From contig CALVLC010000049.1 of NCBI GenBank assembly GCA_944336335.1, positions 6,466 through 70,465 on the forward strand: a DNA stretch of 64,000 nt, written 5' to 3'. The translations under genes and the position numbers were made by a program. Source of the stretch: an uncultured Bacilli bacterium. Its GTDB lineage: Bacteria; Bacillota_I; Bacilli_A; RFN20; CAG-826. Shown in pieces: positions 60,293 to 64,000 of this stretch. Under the pieces are notes generated by a model that saw nothing but the letters and a program-made list of their open reading frames with translations, was not told the DNA's origin and did no database searches. Within the stretch, counting starts at the first letter, position 1. The number at the start of each line of letters is the position of its first letter.

Positions 60293-60845
60293 TGACTAAA
60301 TCATGTATTATTATTTTAAAAATATCTTTTATTGCTTTATTTAGCTCACTCATTTTTGTTTGTGCAGCTTTTTTAGCAATACCTTATGCCGGTGGAGCAG
60401 GTTATTTTAATTTTTCTGATATTTTAATATTGTTTTTTTCTGCTTACTTGGGTCCTGAAGTTGGATTTATTGCTGGAATAATTGGTCATCAATGAGTGAT
60501 TTATATGCTGGATTTGCGAATTGTATTCCTTTTACAATTGTTGCAAAAGGCTTAGAAGCAATAGCATTTTCATTAATTTTCTTTATTTTCAGAAAACATA
60601 AATATTTAAAATATATTTCTTTTATTATTGCTCCATTTTTTATGGTTGCAAGTTATATTCCATATTATCTTTTATATGATAATGGTGCTGGAATAATGGC
60701 TTTAATATCATCTTGTTATGACTTACTTCAAGGAGCAATATCTAGTGTTGGAGCAATCTTCTTATATAGTGTATTTATTAAAGTTAAATTACCTTTTGCT
60801 CAATTTAATATATTGAATCACAAAGATAAAAGTATTAAGAAATAA
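60292..60845 (+). pseudogene. ECF-transporter S-component-like membrane protein split into two overlapping ORFs (60292-60495 and 60492-60845). It is either a frameshifted gene or a two-piece gene.
   Basis: ORF1 ends ...GYFNFSDILILFFSAYLGPEVGFIAGIIGHQ* and ORF2 starts MSDLYAGFA in another frame with an ATGA overlap. Together they are about 184 aa with about 5-6 TM helices and the S-component GPxxG...LSDLxxG pattern. Confidence 0.4.
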
Positions 60846-60849
60846 ATAA

Positions 60850-60878
60850 AAAAGCCACGCTAATGCGTGGACTTTTTA
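60850..60878. terminator. Bidirectional rho-independent terminator (ends the + ECF-like gene and the - small-protein pair)
   Basis: AAAAAAGCCACGC-taat-GCGTGGACTTTTT. Confidence 0.7.
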
Positions 60879-60906
60879 TTTATTTAAAAGTTTAAAGAAT
60901 TACTAA

Positions 60907-61062
60907 TTAATAAGTTGTATTAGTAATGTCTTGTGAACCATCCTCTTCTTTTTCAATATATATAAACCCATTATTGCAAGTTGGAAAACCATATCCAAAG
61001 TTATTAGATGGTAAGCAAATAAATACAGATTTTTTATTTTGTTCGTTTGAATAGTTATACAT
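60907..61062 (-). CDS. Un-annotated small protein A (51 aa): MYNYSNEQNKKSVFICLPSNNFGYGFPTCNNGFIYIEKEEDGSQDITNTTY
   Basis: Strong SD (GGAGGT) sits 8 nt upstream of the ATG at 61062-61060. It is a paralogue (~49% identity) of the adjacent ORF and is below the length cutoff of the supplied track. Confidence 0.5.
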   Translation of the reverse strand: MYNYSNEQNKKSVFICLPSNNFGYGFPTCNNGFIYIEKEEDGSQDITNTTY

Positions 61063-61116
61063 AATTTTTTTACCTCCTATAGATATTTAATTTCATTTGA
61101 TAGTGTATTTTTTTAA

Positions 61117-61272
61117 TTAAAATGTTTCGTTAATAATTGTTTGCTCATCACTTTCTTCGTTTTGAATATAAACAAACCCACAATTACCTGTTGGATACCC
61201 ATATCCAAAGTTAGTTGATGGCAAGCAGATAAATGTACTTTCCCTTTCGTTTTTGTAATCGTAATTTGACAT
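61117..61272 (-). CDS. Un-annotated small protein B (51 aa): MSNYDYKNERESTFICLPSTNFGYGYPTGNCGFVYIQNEESDEQTIINETF
   Basis: Strong SD (GGGGAGGT) upstream of the ATG at 61272-61270. A promoter-like TTGAAA N16 TAAAAT lies upstream. It is a paralogue of protein A with the conserved core FICLPSxNFGYGxPTxNxGFxYI. Confidence 0.5.
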   Translation of the reverse strand: MSNYDYKNERESTFICLPSTNFGYGYPTGNCGFVYIQNEESDEQTIINETF

Positions 61273-61380
61273 AATTTAACCTCCCCATCGACAATAATTT
61301 TACGGTAAACTCGTATATTTTCAACGCTTTTTGAGGCGAAAAAGTTCTTATGAAATCGCTTTCATTTGTTTTTGTAGGTT

Positions 61381-61411
61381 AAAAAAGTACGATAATTATC
61401 GTACTTTTTCA
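61381..61411. terminator. Bidirectional rho-independent terminator downstream of the pullulanase gene
   Basis: AAAAA-AGTACGATAATTATCGTACT-TTTTT, a perfect 20-bp palindrome with flanking A/T runs. Confidence 0.75.
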
Positions 61412-61448
61412 TAATTCATGAAAATTTTTATGAAAGTGTTTACATTAA

Positions 61449-64000
61449 TTAGGCTTTTTGTTTTAAAACAAGGGATTCTGCGCTAGTTAAAGTGAAATTA
61501 TCTAGCGAACTTTCATTATTCTTAGTGTCTAATATAACTTCATAATCGCTTAAATCTGATAAAGAATAAGACTCAATTGCTGGACTTAAATGAACAATAC
61601 GATAAGAATCATTTTTACCTTTTATTGTATAGTCAAGCACTCCACTCTTTGTATCGTTAAAAGTAACATTAGATTTAATTTCTTCGTTCGTTGTAAAATG
61701 CAATACATCGGTGGAATTTTTAAAATTAATTAAATCACGATAGTTTTGATATAAATCGCTAAATGTAATCAATCTGGAATAATCTAACTCATTAACTTTA
61801 TAGCCTGACGCATAAGAATTTCCGTCACCGCCTTTAGTTCTAAGCATTTCTTCACCAGCTAACATAAACGATGTGCCTTGAGAAGTAAAAATGATAGAGT
61901 TTGCTAATGTTGCCATTTCTGCAATTTTATCATCAGAAGGTACATTGCTTGTGTCACCATTAACTGTATAAGCCGCTTTAATCCTGTCATATAAAGTGTA
62001 ATTATCATGACAAGTTACATAATTTGTTGCTTTTAGTGGATCAACGCAAGTTGTACCTGTATAACCTAAAATACCATTTTTTAAGTTTGTTTCATCAACA
62101 GCACTAACAATATTCATATTTGTTGCCCAACCCTTTTCATCAAGCGCGGCTAAACCACCTCTAATTAAAGAATCTCTAATCTTATCGTTAAAGGCACCAT
62201 ACCCATCAAATGAGTTAATATTAGTTTGTGATGATTGGAGATTGCCTGCAAGAGTCGAAGTTCCACCAGTCCATGGTTCACCATGTACAAAAATGTTTTC
62301 ATCAACTTTTGTCTTTAAATTGTTGGTTACTTCTTTCATTGTTGTTAAATCATGTAAACCCATAAGATCAAATCTAAAGCCGCCTAAATGATATTCTTTT
62401 GCCCAAAATTCTGTAGAATCTTTAATGAATTTTCTGACCATGGCATTTTCACTAGCTACTTCATTTCCACAGCCACTTCCATTAGAATATTTCCCATCTG
62501 CAGTGTATCTAAAATAGTATTGAGGGAATAATACGTCAAAATTAGATCCTTCAGCTGCATTAACATGATTGTAAACAACATCCATAATAATAATTATTCC
62601 GGCATCGTTATATGCTTTAACAAGTTTTTTAAATTCTTTAATTTTTTGATAACCATCAAATGGATTAGAAGAATATATACCATCAAGGGAATTGTAATTT
62701 AAAGGATTATAACCCCGGTTAAAAGCATCATCATCAGTTGCAAGTTCGTCATTTGCTTGGTCAAATATTGGTAATAATTGAATGGCGTTAACACCTAATT
62801 CTTTGATATGATCAAAACCGGTTTTAACAGTCACATTATCTTTTGTATAAGTTGTTCCTGTTTCAAACATTCCTGCAAATTTCTTGGCGTTTACACTATT
62901 GCCTTCCCAAGTTTCACTACTTGTTACATCAGCAATATGAGTTTCATAAATTGAAAGTTCAGTACGTTTATATGGATAAGTTTTTGACTCGTCCCATCCT
63001 TCTGGATTTGTTTTAGAAAAATCAACAATCATTCCCCTTAAACCATTAACTCCAGTTGATTTAGCATACGGATCAACAACTTCTTTTTCTTTATATTTAG
63101 AATTAGTAACTACATAAGTATAGTATTTTCCGGCTAAATCGCCTGATACTTCATATGAAAATACGCCCTTTTCACCTTTAATCATTTCATATTTTTCGAA
63201 TTTATCGCTACCTTTAGCTTGATCAACGCTTGTTGGTGTTCCGTTTTCGTAAATTCGGAGTTCAATTTTTTCACTTAATGGAGACCAAACTTTAAAAACT
63301 GTTTTCACATTTGTATAAATCGCACCTAATTCTCCGTCGTAAAAATATAAATCATTAAATTTTTCACTAGAGAAAAGACCCAGCAAAGATACTGTAAGTT
63401 TTAAAGTTGTCCCGCTTTCCTTAAACTTAACTTCAGCAGTATATGTCGCATCTAAATCCGGAAATTCTGTTAAATCAAAGAAAACTATATTTGAATTTAC
63501 ATTATTTTTAGTTTGAAAAACCTCATCGCCCTTATAGATTGTGCAACTATCCATATCGTTAGTAGTCTCGACTTTTAATCTAGTTGCTGACAAAAATGAT
63601 GCATTTTTAATAGCATCTGCATAATGTAAATCAGGATTATCAAAAAGCATATCTTCGCTATCACTAATAAATATATTGTAATAGCCATTTTCATCAGCCT
63701 CAAAACCGCTAAAGTCGAGCATCATATCAGAAGATTGACCATCCCATGAGTCAACTTTTCTGGTTATAATGCCTAATCCATTTGTTAGAACATTTTCACT
63801 AAAATTTGAAAGAGGAATAAAACATGCGCCGCCAAAATCATCAGTAGTTGAAAAATTATAAATTTGGCCTTCTCCGCCGTTATTTTCCCAAACCCATAAA
63901 CACCAATCTGTATAGTTTTTATCTTTTCTACTATATCTTAAGGCAACACCTTTTTCTCCGCTTGGTAATTCGGGTCCGACTGCTAATGTGCCATCAAATG
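61449..64000 (-). CDS. pulA: Type I pullulanase / GH13 debranching enzyme. The N-terminus is beyond the window edge. The reading frame stays open upstream of the track's Met at 63725 to position 64000.
   Basis: GH13 catalytic blocks DVVYNHV, GFRFDLMG, EPWTGG and YVTCHDN. The upstream in-frame read (...KNYTDWCLWVWENNGGEGQIYNF...) looks like an N-terminal starch-binding (CBM41-like) module. Confidence 0.85.
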   Translation of the reverse strand, partial: FDGTLAVGPELPSGEKGVALRYSRKDKNYTDWCLWVWENNGGEGQIYNFSTTDDFGGACFIPLSNFSENVLTNGLGIITRKVDSWDGQSSDMMLDFSGFEADENGYYNIFISDSEDMLFDNPDLHYADAIKNASFLSATRLKVETTNDMDSCTIYKGDEVFQTKNNVNSNIVFFDLTEFPDLDATYTAEVKFKESGTTLKLTVSLLGLFSSEKFNDLYFYDGELGAIYTNVKTVFKVWSPLSEKIELRIYENGTPTSVDQAKGSDKFEKYEMIKGEKGVFSYEVSGDLAGKYYTYVVTNSKYKEKEVVDPYAKSTGVNGLRGMIVDFSKTNPEGWDESKTYPYKRTELSIYETHIADVTSSETWEGNSVNAKKFAGMFETGTTYTKDNVTVKTGFDHIKELGVNAIQLLPIFDQANDELATDDDAFNRGYNPLNYNSLDGIYSSNPFDGYQKIKEFKKLVKAYNDAGIIIIMDVVYNHVNAAEGSNFDVLFPQYYFRYTADGKYSNGSGCGNEVASENAMVRKFIKDSTEFWAKEYHLGGFRFDLMGLHDLTTMKEVTNNLKTKVDENIFVHGEPWTGGTSTLAGNLQSSQTNINSFDGYGAFNDKIRDSLIRGGLAALDEKGWATNMNIVSAVDETNLKNGILGYTGTTCVDPLKATNYVTCHDNYTLYDRIKAAYTVNGDTSNVPSDDKIAEMATLANSIIFTSQGTSFMLAGEEMLRTKGGDGNSYASGYKVNELDYSRLITFSDLYQNYRDLINFKNSTDVLHFTTNEEIKSNVTFNDTKSGVLDYTIKGKNDSYRIVHLSPAIESYSLSDLSDYEVILDTKNNESSLDNFTLTSAESLVLKQKA

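Noticed and set aside
1-64000. Alternative genetic code (UGA = Trp, as in Mycoplasma and Spiroplasma)
   Set aside because: Standard-code translation yields full-length, uninterrupted orthologues of large genes (valS, ileS, pheT, lon, secDF). With UGA = Trp these would have been broken into fragments, so the standard table is in use.
1-64000. CRISPR arrays, IS elements, prophage or integrative elements
   Set aside because: No spaced direct-repeat arrays, transposase ORFs or phage structural genes were seen. The XerD-like recombinase at 1937-2818 sits in a conserved housekeeping context, so it is read as the chromosomal dimer-resolution recombinase rather than a mobile-element integrase.

Overview
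The window is a 64 kb stretch of AT-rich (roughly 30% GC) chromosome, almost all core genes, from a low-GC Bacillota or Mollicutes-related bacterium. The long uninterrupted ORFs show it uses the standard genetic code, with no UGA-as-Trp reading. Nearly every gene is on the minus strand, and the order matches conserved Bacillus-type neighbourhoods: deoB-xerD-dinB-xseBA-nusB-yqhY(Asp23), tkt, aspS-hisS-relA-recJ-secDF-ruvBA, obg-rpmA-prp-rplU, valS-engB-lon-tig, uvrC, mutS2, rnhC, rluD-lspA-ileS, ftsZ-ftsA-(small TM)-rsmH-mraZ, yceD-pheTS. Sequence-level RNA and regulatory elements are T-box leaders upstream of ileS and pheS, a probable L21 leader, several bidirectional rho-independent terminators, and MraZ-type GTGG direct repeats at the mraZ start. 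The accessory content is modest. It comprises a PucR-regulated gldA, kdgT-like permease and alpha-acetolactate decarboxylase cluster, a membrane-anchored XRE regulator, and a 1359-aa LRR/beta-helix surface lipoprotein. It also includes a DUF523 (TudS-like) gene beside a split ECF S-component, a pullulanase gene running off the 3' edge, and a partial substrate-binding lipoprotein at the 5' edge. The most novel signals are: (i) a tandem pair of un-annotated, paralogous 51-aa Cys-containing small proteins insulated by terminators at 60.9-61.3 kb; (ii) a conserved 11-bp-phased TAGTAG/ACTAATT direct-repeat array in three intergenic regions (dinB, ftsA and mraZ upstream), suggesting an uncharacterised regulator linking division and DNA-damage genes; (iii) a second, inverted MraZ-box triplet 120 bp from the first; (iv) a Cys/His/Asp/Glu-rich metal-binding tail on HisS.
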